Positions 45,285 to 57,397 of a stretch of 64,000 nucleotides of DNA are shown piece after piece. The notes beneath the pieces were generated by a model that saw only the letters and a program-made list of their open reading frames with translations, was not told the DNA's origin and did no database searches. The position numbers were made by a program, and so were the translations under genes. The DNA is from Histomonas meleagridis 2922-C6/04-290x (lineage: Eukaryota > Protista > Parabasalia), in contig JAANOX010000193.1 of assembly GCA_020184695.1 (NCBI GenBank), forward strand, positions 23,310-87,309, read 5' to 3'. Positions within the stretch are counted from its first letter, which is position 1; every line of letters starts with the position of its first letter.

Positions 45285-46436
45285 ATTTTTAGCATTAATA
45301 TCAATTCCTTTTTGCTCCAAAAAATATTGTACAAGTTCAATATTTCCTGAAGAAAATACCAAAATGTTTTTTGGAATTTGATTTGTTTCAAGAAAATACT
45401 TTGTAAGAAACAAATTTCCTATTTTTGCTGATTTGTTAATTATATCATCATTAATTTTCATTCCTTCCTTTAGTAAAAATGATAAAATTTCATAATTATG
45501 ATATAAAATACACAACTTTCCTAAGTTTTCTAAATTGTTAATTTCAATGATTTTATTATCATAAAGATATTTAAAGATATCATTTCGATGAAATTCTATT
45601 GCAGCTTCATATGCATCTTTAAATGTTGAATGATTTTGTTCACATAAATGAATGATTTCTGCATTTCCACCTGCAATTGCATATTTACCTGCATTATTTA
45701 CATTTGCATCATTCATAAGTAAATATTTAAAACATTTAACTGATCCAAAAAATGCTGCATAATCAATTAATGAAACATTATATTGATTAATAAATGAATA
45801 TCTTTCATAAATTGATTTTGGAATTATTTGATTAAAATTAAAATTTGGTTGTGATGAAATTTCTTGAAGTTTTTCATTTTCATCATTTCGAATTATTTTC
45901 GATATTTCACTTGGATTAACTCCTTCTTTAATATATTGCCTATGAAGCTCCCAATCGATAGAAAAATACCACATAACTTTTTCTTCCCTTGACATATGAT
46001 GTAAAAAATTTAATCCATTTTTATGAAATTTTGGATCAAGAAAATTATGCTCAATCATATACTCAAGAAGATAATTTGATTCTTGTGTATGTTTGGATAA
46101 AATAAATTCTTTGAAAACATCAAATATGTTGGATTTACATTTATAGGAATTTTCTAATTTTTCAATTTCTTTTAAAAAATTTAAAGATAAATCAAAATCT
46201 TTCATTTTTATAATAAATAATGTGTATGTCATTTCACTGATTATTAAATTTGCAGATAATGTATAATTTTCGCAAATTTTGTGAAATATTAAATTTGATG
46301 AAAGAGAAATATTTTCTTTATTTAAACAAAAAATTATATTTTTGATGGATGCTAAAGTGTCTAATTCAATTTGATGTTTTTGTTTACACTTTTTTTCTTC
46401 TGGATGCATTCTTTGATATGCCAAGATAACAAGCAA
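42761..46436 (-). CDS. DUF3447-ankyrin gene, locus D: 5' ORF followed by 15 ankyrin modules separated by 15 spacers
   Basis: ORF 46436-45246. Modules start at 45204, 45034, 44884, 44714, 44544, 44374, 44204, 44040, 43870, 43700, 43530, 43360, 43190, 43020 and 42850 (last ends with TAA at 42761). All modules are stop-free. Confidence 0.75.
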
Positions 46437-47034
46437 TAAATTTCAACTCAAACCGAAATATTTCAATGATTTTTTATCGTCGCTCTCAATTTTTTTGGTG
46501 TTGCTATGTTGTTTTGCATATCTTTAAATTCGGTTTAATATCTAATACAAAGTTAGTCGATAAAATATTTACGTGAATGTGTATTGTTGATTTATAGTTT
46601 TGTTTTGATTAATAATAAATTTTGATTTAAATTTAAATCAAATAATATTGCTAATATATAAATAGTTTCAGTGTGACTACATAAAGTAAAGTACATGTGA
46701 GACAAATTCTTATAATTTAAACTTGACAATACTTCATACGTTTTCTTTACCACATCTATCAGAACAACTCTGATAAAAGAATTCCAATTTTAGCGATCTT
46801 TCGAAACACTTCCAAAAATTTGATTTTTTGCTTATTTTTGAATTCTATTGTTTAGTTTCTCAATACAATTTTCTTGATTAAGAAAGTTTACATTGTTATT
46901 TCTCATGTTTTGTAATATATTAAATTCCTTAATTAAATAATAGATATTGATGTTTACTAAAATATTTAAATTCCAACATAGATCAGTTGCAAAAAAGAGT
47001 TATCTTATTTTAATTTCCGATTTTATTCTATATA

Positions 47035-50000
47035 TCATCCAAAATCTTTTACGAGAGATTGTGTTACCCTTAGTCTTGATTTTGTCTTTTCTTCTTCTAT
47101 TTTAGATCTTCTAATCACTATTACTACTATCACAACAATCGCAACGGCAATAACAATACAACCCACGATGATAAGTATTATTCTATATTGCTTATTATCT
47201 CCTTTTGAGGTTGTTTCTACTCCTGGACATATAGCTTCATAATTAGATGGAATTGGAACATATAAATTCTTCCACGTTTCGCCTGTTTTCGTTTGGTTGA
47301 TGTTGTCCCGATAATATCCGTCGTAGTTATCTCTTTTTGGAAGACATAATGTAAAAGCAGAACTTTTATCAACTGAATCGAAAACGTAATCATTAAATTT
47401 CTCTGGTGGACTCGAACCTAAATTAAGTTGTTCCAATGATTTACAATTTTCGAATATTTTTAAGGAACTTTCATTAACAAGATATAATTGTGGCGAATGA
47501 ACTAACTTAAGGTTTCCGCAATTAGAAAATTGAAGATCGCCATCAAATTCAGTCACATTATGTATATAAACTTCTTGAAGAGATGAACATCCTTTAAATG
47601 TTCCACTCTTTAATGATAATATCTTAGAGAAATTAAATACTTTTGGTTTGACGCATCCTGAAAATGCAAATTCTTCAATATTAATAATATTATCTGAAAA
47701 GTTAAATATTTCTAAGTTAACGCAATTATAAAATGCATATGAAGATATATTAATTAAATAAGGAAATGTTAATGTTTGTAAACTTGGACATCCATCAAAT
47801 GAATGAGATCCAATTCTTTCTGCTGTTAATATACATACATTTCTTAATGAAGTACAATCCTTAAACATATAATCAGAGATTTCAGTAATACAAAGTGTAA
47901 CATTTTCCAGAACACTAGAATTAGCAAATGCATAAGATCCAATTTCTTTAACCCATTGTAAGTCTATACTAGGATAAACACATTGATACATAAATCGATC
48001 ACCTAATTTCTCGGCTTTTGAAATAAAGTTTTCATATTTTTCATATTTTTCAATAAAGCCAATAAACGGCTCCGCGCCGATAATTTTTGGGGTGCCCTCC
48101 AGCGTTTCAATGTCTTTAGAATTCATAAACGCTTTATCGCCTATTTTATATAAAGTTGGTAATTGAACTGTTTTAAGTGAACTACATACTGAGCAAAAAT
48201 TGTTACCAATTTCGTTAATTATAGGAAGTGAAATTGTTTCTAAATTACTACATCCATTACAAAAATTGTTTCCAATTTTTGTAATATTTTCATTTTTAAA
48301 TTCTCTTAAACTTCTACATAACTCAAAAACGTTGTCTCCAATTTCTGTAACTTTCGGAGTTATAACTTCTTCGATTCTCATATCCTGAAACATTCCTGAA
48401 GGAATTATTTCGATTTCGCCAAATGTAACTCTCCTAAGTCGTGAACATCCTTCAATCATTAAATTACCGCAACTTTTAAGTTTCGGGAAATATAATTCTT
48501 GAACTGATTCAACATATTGAAAAGCTTCATTACCACAATATATAAGATTAGGGAAATCGATAGTCTCTAAAGTATCGCAATCTTTAAATGAACCATCTCC
48601 AATAGAAGTAACAAATTTCGCAGACAAATGAGAGATATGTGAACATTTCTCAAACGCATAATTTCCAATTGATTTAGCATCAGTAATATCTATTGAAGAA
48701 AGTGTTTCACATCGACAGAAACAATAATTCGATATGTTTTCGACATGACTTAAATTAATATCAGTAATTAAACTACAATAATAAAATGCATAATCGCCAA
48801 CTTCTCTTAATACATTTGGATTAAATTTCCGTAATGATTTACAATTATGAAAAACATAACTTCCGACTTTTTGTAACTTATTAAATGTAGCACTTGTTAG
48901 TAGGCGACAATCATAAAAAACATGATCGCCAAGTTCTTCGACATTTGGAAAGTCAATTGTTTCAAGTGAATAACAATATGCAAATGCCGAACTTTTAATA
49001 GTTGAAACGTTTTGTAGAATTACTTTTTTCAAATAAATACATCGAGAAAATGCTGATACATCAATTGTTTGTACTTTATCTAATTCGATTTCTTCAATTA
49101 GACAGCCACCAAATGCTTCTTCTGGTACTACAGTTAAATTACTAAAGAAATTAGTTGCGTTAAATTTCGCTGTTAAATAAAATGTTCCTTCACTTAAGTT
49201 TGCTTTTGTTGAATTAATTTCAAAAATTTCTAAATTGTTAATTGCTGAAAATGCATATTTCCCAATAAGTTCAACTTTGTCACCAAGATGAACAGACATA
49301 AGATTTGTGGTATAAAAACAATAATCAGGAATTACTTGTATGTTAGGAATTGTGACATTCCTTATCCATGAAAAAGCAAAACCATGATCATCAATGAATG
49401 TTAAATGTTCACAATCTTCTAAAGAAACGGAATTTGTAAAGTAAAAGCTATAAGAACCAATTTCTTCTGTGATCGAAAAATTAAAGTAAACTAAATTATT
49501 ACATCTATAAAATGCATATGAAGGAACAACACGAAGAGATGTATTAAAATATACCAAATCTTCACAACATAGAAATGTACGATTTGAAATTGTTTCAACA
49601 TTTGGTGCATCTAATGTTTTGATTTGAAGACAATACTCAAAAGAACTAACACCAATGGATTTAACATTTGGTATATCAACAAATTGAATGTGACGACAAT
49701 TAACAAAGCAACGATCACCAATACTTAAAACATTTGGTAAACGAACTTCTTGAAGATTTTCGGAATCTGAAAATGATGACTCTGTTATTAAATCAAGTTG
49801 ACATAATATGGAAACATTAAAAATATTTGAGAAATCAGATCGAAAATTGGTTGAATTGAATATCTTATCCGCAATAATAACTGATTCTGATATTTCAAGA
49901 TGTTGTAGATTATAATAAGTACCATCGATCACGCAATTATCCATTGTCCCAGAGTCAATGATTATTTTCGTTAAATCTTTTCTTGTATCATCTTGACTAC

Positions 50001-50118
50001 AGCAATATTTTATAGCATCATCAAGTGAATTTTGGTTTTTAAACTCGCAGGTATTCCCTTTAAATTCTATTGTCCCGTTTATGGCGGAAGAAATGAATGC
50101 AAGGAGAACAAAAAACAT
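47035..50118 (-). CDS. BspA-like leucine-rich repeat (TpLRR/LRR_5) surface protein
   Basis: Signal peptide MFFVLLAFISSA; about 30 repeats of type IGxxAFxxCxxLxxI; C-terminal TM helix; short tail ending SLVKDFG. Confidence 0.92.
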   Translation of the reverse strand: MFFVLLAFISSAINGTIEFKGNTCEFKNQNSLDDAIKYCCSQDDTRKDLTKIIIDSGTMDNCVIDGTYYNLQHLEISESVIIADKIFNSTNFRSDFSNIFNVSILCQLDLITESSFSDSENLQEVRLPNVLSIGDRCFVNCRHIQFVDIPNVKSIGVSSFEYCLQIKTLDAPNVETISNRTFLCCEDLVYFNTSLRVVPSYAFYRCNNLVYFNFSITEEIGSYSFYFTNSVSLEDCEHLTFIDDHGFAFSWIRNVTIPNIQVIPDYCFYTTNLMSVHLGDKVELIGKYAFSAINNLEIFEINSTKANLSEGTFYLTAKFNATNFFSNLTVVPEEAFGGCLIEEIELDKVQTIDVSAFSRCIYLKKVILQNVSTIKSSAFAYCYSLETIDFPNVEELGDHVFYDCRLLTSATFNKLQKVGSYVFHNCKSLRKFNPNVLREVGDYAFYYCSLITDINLSHVENISNYCFCRCETLSSIDITDAKSIGNYAFEKCSHISHLSAKFVTSIGDGSFKDCDTLETIDFPNLIYCGNEAFQYVESVQELYFPKLKSCGNLMIEGCSRLRRVTFGEIEIIPSGMFQDMRIEEVITPKVTEIGDNVFELCRSLREFKNENITKIGNNFCNGCSNLETISLPIINEIGNNFCSVCSSLKTVQLPTLYKIGDKAFMNSKDIETLEGTPKIIGAEPFIGFIEKYEKYENFISKAEKLGDRFMYQCVYPSIDLQWVKEIGSYAFANSSVLENVTLCITEISDYMFKDCTSLRNVCILTAERIGSHSFDGCPSLQTLTFPYLINISSYAFYNCVNLEIFNFSDNIINIEEFAFSGCVKPKVFNFSKILSLKSGTFKGCSSLQEVYIHNVTEFDGDLQFSNCGNLKLVHSPQLYLVNESSLKIFENCKSLEQLNLGSSPPEKFNDYVFDSVDKSSAFTLCLPKRDNYDGYYRDNINQTKTGETWKNLYVPIPSNYEAICPGVETTSKGDNKQYRIILIIVGCIVIAVAIVVIVVIVIRRSKIEEEKTKSRLRVTQSLVKDFG

Positions 50119-50617
50119 TCCTTTTAAAGCTGTCGGTTTGACAGCGGTTATTGTAAAGCAACACGATTTTTATCGCTTCAACAAAAAGAGACTTATCGAT
50201 AATTCCCACATGATTTTCTTAAATTTAATGTTTTTTCTAGAAAACATATAATATTATTTTACTTTGTGGAAAAAAGAACTCAAATTTTAATTAAATATAA
50301 AAATAGTATTTCAAATATATCTTTCATTTATTATCTAAATAAACAAAGGTTCATGAACCTTTAGATAATTATCTAGACATGTCAAAAAGTTTGAGATATC
50401 TAGATACATTCGCTATATATTGAGTATTCAGGTAAATTTATAACTTCAAGATTATCATGAAATTTATGTATTTGAAATCTATGTATACATGTGTTTATAT
50501 TGTACAATTTGGATCGGATTTTTCTTGAAGAGCTGAAATGGATTTTAATAGTGGCGACCGTTTGGGAAATAGCACTAATTGTTTGTTTTGGAAAAACTTT
50601 TGGAAGACTTAAAAAAA

Positions 50618-50821
50618 ATGTATAAGCAAGTCGAAGAGATTGACAATCTTATGAGGTCAATGGTTGCATATGAAAAACAATTTGCTGAAGAACCAACAGA
50701 AGATATTGTAAATGAAATTCAAGAAATTGAAATTGAATTAATGGAAAAATATGAATCTCCGCCAGACTTTGCTGCTATTTTGGCTAATATTGAAAGAATT
50801 ATCGAGAAAATTGACCAATGA
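50618..50821 (+). CDS. Short acidic hypothetical ORF
   Basis: 67 codons from ATG with protein-like helical composition; may be a fragment. Confidence 0.3.
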   Translation: MYKQVEEIDNLMRSMVAYEKQFAEEPTEDIVNEIQEIEIELMEKYESPPDFAAILANIERIIEKIDQ

Positions 50822-51464
50822 CCAAATGAAAAATATTTGGAAAACAAAATGCCTATGATAACAAGGTTTCAACATGTAACTTAATGAAGATTTCATGAAA
50901 AAATAAATGTTATATGAAAATCAATTGAGATAAAGAAATTGTTTTAATTTTAGATAAATCTAGATTTAAGTAAGCAAAAGCTAAACCATTTCTAAATATA
51001 AGCCAATTTATAATAGAAACATTTTGAGTTAAAAGAGCTATCAAAGTTTCTTAAATAGACAGTGGCAGGAAAACCCCTGTTTCTTGGTGGGGTAAAACAC
51101 AAAAAATCACCAAAATTCTCAAAGTTTAATAAAAATATCAACCAAAATTACATTGCTTGACTATTTGAGTTTATTTATATTGCGTTTTTTTTTGTACAAT
51201 ATAAGTAATCTTAAGATCATAATCAATTTATCATTTCATAAATTTGTTAAAAGATCAGTAAGCTAATCTCACTGTGAAGTAGTATTATGCATGTGTTGTT
51301 AGAAGCTTATCCTACCTCTTTTCCTTACATTACAAGATTTGCCTTTGGGAACCAAAAAATTGTATACTATACTAATCGTTCATGTCCTTCAGGTTTTTAA
51401 ATTGTTTATTTCGAAATTTGAAGTTATTGAAAGCCAGCATACCAAAAAAACAAAAAAATCCAAA

Positions 51465-54113
51465 ATGAACAATCAAAGTAAAGAAACAAAAACGAAACAA
51501 ATAATTCACAACAAATGGGAATTCCTTGTATTCATTAAACAAATGATTTTCAACTTGAATGAAGACAATATTATTCAATCGTTTAATTCGTTAATCACTC
51601 AATTTGATGGAAACCATTTTTACTCATTTAACCTTGTTATTAGTCAAATGATATATATACTTTTTAGTATGCGAATAAATCACTATGAAATTTATTTTGA
51701 TTTTATAAAAAAAATTGAACAATATGAAGAGAATAACAACAAACCCAAAATTTTTTGCATTTACATGTTTCCTTTTGCTTGAGCACGAATTAAATCAAGA
51801 AACATTATATTCTTGAGTATTTGATTGAAAATAAATACATTGAACCAAAAATTGCTAAAGATATAGATGTTCCATATTTTATACATTATATGTCTGAAGA
51901 AGAAATTAATGAATTAGAAAAAGATAATTATTTTGGGCAAATCCAAGAAAATTATGATAAACTATCAAAGAATGAATGGGAACTTCATAAACATTTAATA
52001 AAAGAAGGAAATAATACATTTGGAATCGCAAAAATAATACGGAATGATGATGTTGAAAAACTTCAAAAAATTTCATCACAGGCGAATTTTTATTTTAATC
52101 AAATAATTCCCAAATCAATTTATGAAAGATGTTCATTTATTAATCAATGGAATGTTACATTAATTGATTATACAGCATTTTTTGGCTCAAATGAATGTTC
52201 TAAATATTTATTATTGAATGGTGCAAATGTAAATAACACAGGTAAATATGCAATTGCAGGTGGAAATGCAGAAATCATTCATTTATGTGAACAAAATCAT
52301 TCAACATTTAAAGGTTCATATGAAACAGCAATACAATTTCATCAAAATGATATCTTTAAATATTTTTATGATAATAAAATCATTGAAATTAACAATTTAG
52401 AAGAATTAGGAAAGTTTTGTATTTTATATCATAACTATGAAATCTTTTTATTTTTACTTGAAAATGGATTGAAAATTGATGATGATATTATAAATGAATC
52501 AGCAAAGATCGGTAACTTGTTTTTATTCGAATATTTTCTTCTTATTTATTATTATAAAATCCCAAAAAATATAGGGTGTTCCACCCCTACCGTAGTATCT
52601 CTTTATATAGAATAGATACAATAATATTTTTTATATAAATAAAAACACTAAATTTAATGGGTTTTGTTTTTTATTTAAAAATAATTTTTGTCAAGTCTAT
52701 CATTAACTAATAATCGATTTTTCTTTAATTGAATGCAAAAAAATGACGTTTAAAATTTTTACCCCTCCATTATGGAGCTTGATCAAAAATCAATCACAAT
52801 ATATCTCGCGATGAAGGGAATGTCAGCAAAAGCGATTCATACCGAAATGGAAATCATATTGGGCAATGAATGTATTTCATATTCAACAGATGTAAATACC
52901 TCAGACAAAGAAGTTTTAATCAAACAATGTCACCTAACATTAGTGAACCGATTACCCCTATTGACGAAAATGTTGATTTAAAAATTTTGGAAATTTTAGA
53001 TAAATTTCCATATGCTTCAATAAGACAAATAGCTAAGTTAACAGAGATTCCAAACACTACTGTATATAGGCATCTTACTGAAAAGCTTGGCTATGAAAAT
53101 AAACCTCTAAAGTGGGTTCCACATTTACTGACGGAAGATATTAAAAAACAAAGAGTCACTAAATCAATTCAACTTTTAAAGACATTAGAGATTGCAAGAC
53201 ATAACAATTATAAATATTTTATAACAGGTGACGAGTCCTGGTTTTAATATGATTATTATTATTATGTTCGATAATGGATACCACGAAGAACACCACGAGG
53301 TACAATAAGCAAAAGGACTATTACGCAAAAAAAAGTAATGTTGACAATTTTTTGGAATCCCCACGGATTTAAAGTTATTGACTTTCTTTCAAAGGGATAA
53401 ACATTTAATTCACAATATTATTCAAAATATATTTTATCAGAGCTATCCAAAAAGAATGGTACAAATCCTAAAAATGACACAAGAAAAATTACTGTACATG
53501 CCGACAATGCAAAACCGCATACGTCGAGATTCACAACTTTATATATGGACTCCAACAAGCTCAAAAGGGCACCTCATCCCCCCTACTCCCCAGATATAGC
53601 TCCTTCATACTTTTTCCTATTTGGGTATGTAAAAGGAAAAATGAAAGAATTTCAATATGAGAGTAGAGAAGAGGTCGTAGAAAAAGTGACTTCAATATTA
53701 TTAAATGTACCAAAAGAAACTTTGCAAAGCGTTTTTGACGAATGGGAAATAAAACTTAAAAAAGTTATCGAAACAAATGGAGAGTATATCTAATAAACAT
53801 TTCATTTTTATTAATAAATTTAAAAAAAACTTAAAAAATGAGTGAGATACTACAGTTGGGGTGGAACATCCTATATTTTATCATATTCTTCAAATTCGGG
53901 AAATATTGAACTTGTCAAATATATTTTATAGCAAAAAAAAATTGATATTGATGCTGAAGATATTTATTTGTTTTATTTGATATTTATTTTAATAATTTGA
54001 TATTTCAAAATAATATATGGAAATTATTCAAAATATTTAATATAGCACTTGATTTAGCAACACAAAACAATCATAAGTTCAAATACTTCTTAAGCAATGA
54101 GGAGTTAAAATAA
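51465..54113 (+). pseudogene. DUF3447-ankyrin gene, locus E: frameshifted and interrupted by a mariner
   Basis: Frameshift near 51750; insertion at 52572-53873; sequence resumes NILSYSSNSGNIELVKY; in-frame TAG; 80-nt spacer at 53962-54041; terminal module IALDLATQNNH ends at 54113. Confidence 0.85.
52572..53873 (+). mobile_element. Defective mariner (DD34D-type) transposon
   Basis: 30-bp TIRs TAGGGTGTTCCACCCCTACCGTAGTATCTC versus reverse complement TAGGATGTTCCACCCCAACTGTAGTATCTC; TA duplication; ITGDESW, HADNAKPH, HPPYSPDIAPSY (third Asp replaced by Tyr); stops and a frameshift. Confidence 0.93.
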
Positions 54114-54452
54114 ATGAGAAAACATCAACACATTGATTTAAACACATGAAATAGGTGATTAATTTCAGATTCATTGTTATCTAAGAATTTAATATTAATA
54201 ATAATAATCCGATGTTGTGATTTTCGATTATGTATTTCATTAATTGGTATTACAACAAGTAATGACACTTTTACACACACACACACAGCGCTATGTGAGC
54301 TTCGTGCTACGCACTCGCTCCCACTCGCGCTACATAAACTAAAGGATGAACGGCTAAAATCGATTGAATTATCATAAATCGGTTGGTTTTGATTGAAAGT
54401 AATAAAATATATTTAAATTCATGATGACATTTATATTTAAAAAGTGTGAGGC

Positions 54453-54770
54453 ATGACAAACTAACTAACTAACTAACTAACTAAAAAGTTATTAGCTAAA
54501 GGAAAATTCGGGAAAAGCTGAATGAGTTTCTCCATTTTAGTGATTTGACGTGAATATTGCATGTTTACTGGAGCTGATGATGATAACGGATGAGTTGTCG
54601 TTAATGCTACGTGGAAAGTTGTGTTTTCATTATTTTTTAACACGACAAACTAACTAACTAACTAACTAACTAAAAAAGAAACTAGCTAAAGGAAATTCGG
54701 AAAAGCTGAATGAGTTTCTCCATTTTAGTGATTTGACGTGAATATTGCATGTTTACTGGAGCTGATGAAA
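54453..54770 (+). repeat. Two direct copies of a roughly 130-bp unit containing (CTAA)n
   Basis: CATGACAAAC(TAAC)n..TAGCTAAAGGAAA..GAGTTTCTCCATTTTAGTGATTTGACGTGAATATTGC at about 54453 and 54641; an inverted partial copy lies at about 56090-56190. Confidence 0.9.
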
Positions 54771-55009
54771 AATAAAAGCTTTGCATTTTACTGTTTCTTT
54801 TGTGTAATATGTGGTTCTTTTTCCTTTTCTTAAAATCGATCTTTTATCAAAGTGATTTTTAGTGTTATTCATCATTGAAAAGCTCCTTGTTGAAACGTTA
54901 GTGTTGAAGTAATTGTTAAACATAGAACACAATTCAGAAACTTCAATTTCTTCATTCGGAATAGTTTTTAAGAAATTCTCAAAAGTTGGTTTTGAATCTT
55001 GAATTACAA

Positions 55010-55847
55010 TTATTGAATCACTCTCATATCTTCATCTACTTCCTCAACTAAAGGATCGGTAGATTTTTTTTCATTTTCGTATTTTAACACTCCAGCAAAT
55101 GATTTAGTTGCTATTAAATCTTCTTTTAGATAATTAACTCTTTCTGTAAATTCTTCATTCAAAAGTTCAGGAAGTGTATCAGTCAATGATTCATTCAAAC
55201 GAAACATTAAAGTTTCAGCATAAGTTTTCACAAGTTTTGAATTTGACATCGCATGAGCGTCAGGAATAATATTTATTTGTTTTTTGATGAAATTCGATAT
55301 AAACAGATACATAATATCAATTAATCTATTAAATTTATTCTTAAATGTTGTTTCAATTAACATAAATTCAGAAGTTTTATTATTCTTGACCGAAAGAGTT
55401 ATTGTAGTTAAAGCATTAATTAATCTTTGCGAAAATTTATCAAGAATTTGCATCGCTCGCTTACCGTTTTTATTTAAATATACGCTTTCAATTGTTTTAG
55501 AATAATCTTTATCTTTCGGACAAATGTTTTTGACTTTATTCACGAACAATTCGAAATACTCATCAATTAAATCTTGATGGTAATAATTAACGGTTTGATT
55601 TATGTATTCTGTCAAATTATCAATTACATTTTGATTACACCGAGGATATTTTTCTAGTTTTTTTTTCTTGAATTAAAAATTTCTGAAAATTTTCTGCTTT
55701 CTTCATATCTGATTCAATTAATTCAATTTCATTTTTGCAATTAGATATATATTGATCTTTGAGCATATCAGATGTTATAAATTCATTTTTAGATTTAAAT
55801 ATTTCACCCGGTATGTGTTGAATGTTATAATAAATTTGATTTATCAT
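55010..55847 (-). pseudogene. Maverick hypothetical helical protein, fragmented
   Basis: Adjacent minus-strand ORFs 55635-55847 and 55010-55615 with no proper ATG start. Confidence 0.45.
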
Positions 55848-56153
55848 CTTTTCATATTCTTCTTTAGTATATTCTTTATGAAGATAATAATTTCTTTTGA
55901 TTTCTTGCTGATGTTCAACAACAAGTTTATTGATTTTTTGCTGTTACTGTTTTTATTAATTTGTTCTTCTGATGTTTAATTAACAATCGTCATTTAGCTC
56001 TTTATATACAAATTAAAAATCAAAAAACTACTTTAAAATTAAACTTAATTTCATTTGTGAGTTTAGTCGAGTAAATCATCAATTTTCAAGTGATTTCACA
56101 TGAATGGAGAAACTCACGGAACAATTTTGAATTTCCTTTAGCTAGTTTCTTTT

Positions 56154-56184
<31 letters not shown>

Positions 56185-56210
56185 GTCATGTATAAAAATA
56201 AATGTTAATA

Positions 56211-57361
56211 TCATTTATGTTTAGCAAAAAATTCTCTTTCAATTTCTGACTGTTTATGAGGAGTATTACCGCGGAGAAATGAAGCAGGAATTTCATCTTG
56301 ATATGAACGTTGCCCAGGAACGGTAAAAAGTACTTTATACTTATTTGTTTTTAGGATTAAATGACAAAATTGACTCAACAGAACCAACCCATTTACCAGG
56401 AATAGTTGACGCCCATTTAATATTATTTGGTTTATTCTTACCAATAGGTATTAGTTTGTATCTTGGTTTAGTAATTACTGTTCCGTCTTGAGCGATTAAA
56501 ACGTACATATTTCCTTTCCGTTCATCAATTTTATAACATTCACGGCTTATTTGAAATCTTTTCTTAGTGATGCCGTCATGACGCGGTAATATATAACGTA
56601 CATATGAACCGACAGGAAGAATTAAATTCTTAATACGTTTCTGTTTTTCAGAAGATTCTAAACATTTAAATATATATTCTTTTTCTAAATCTTTATTATC
56701 AAACATTTCTTTTGGAGAACAACCGATGGCTGAATGGTAAGTATTATTATAAATATTCAGAAACTTTTTCATTCTTTCTGGAGTAATAAATGTGTATTTT
56801 TCATCATGTGATTGATGTTTAGATTTTTCCGTTGGAGTATTCATATCTCTTATTGTTCGCATGAATCTATCAATAATGCCTAAAGACGAATGGTTTTTGT
56901 CTGATATAGTATGAACGGCAACTTTATTTTTTAGAAAAGAAGTTTTAAATTATTTTTTCAATAAATGCTGGTTCTTCATCTGACGTTAATTTTACCGGAT
57001 GGAATTTTTCAATAAATCGTTTTAATGTTTCATGAACTGCTCCAGCTGACTTTGACATTAACGGCAGACAATGAACATATCTATTATTTGTTCCAATAAA
57101 CACATGCCAATAACGAGGAGTTTTTCCTTTAGTATTATCGTATAAATCATGAAACCAACAATTTGGAATAGATGAAAATATTTTTATCATATAAGGTTTT
57201 ATATCTTTTGTTTGAATAAATTTATCTTTCAATCTTTTTGAAATTACTTTTTTAATTTTCTTTTCACTAACATTTGGAAATTTATTTTGCACGTGTTTTT
57301 TAACGTGACTGTAAGTTTTAAAATGTGTTTTGTCAATTTCTTTGTTAACGTTTAGACTCAT
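56211..57361 (-). pseudogene. Maverick retroviral-like (rve) integrase, frameshifted
   Basis: WFHDLY...FIGTNNRYVHCLPL..KS..V...L..F......LTSDEEPAF; RTIRDM...YNNTYHSAIGCSPKEM; spread over three frames. Confidence 0.85.
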
Positions 57362-57397
57362 TTAAGAGTTATTAAAACGTTTTTTTAATTATATTAA

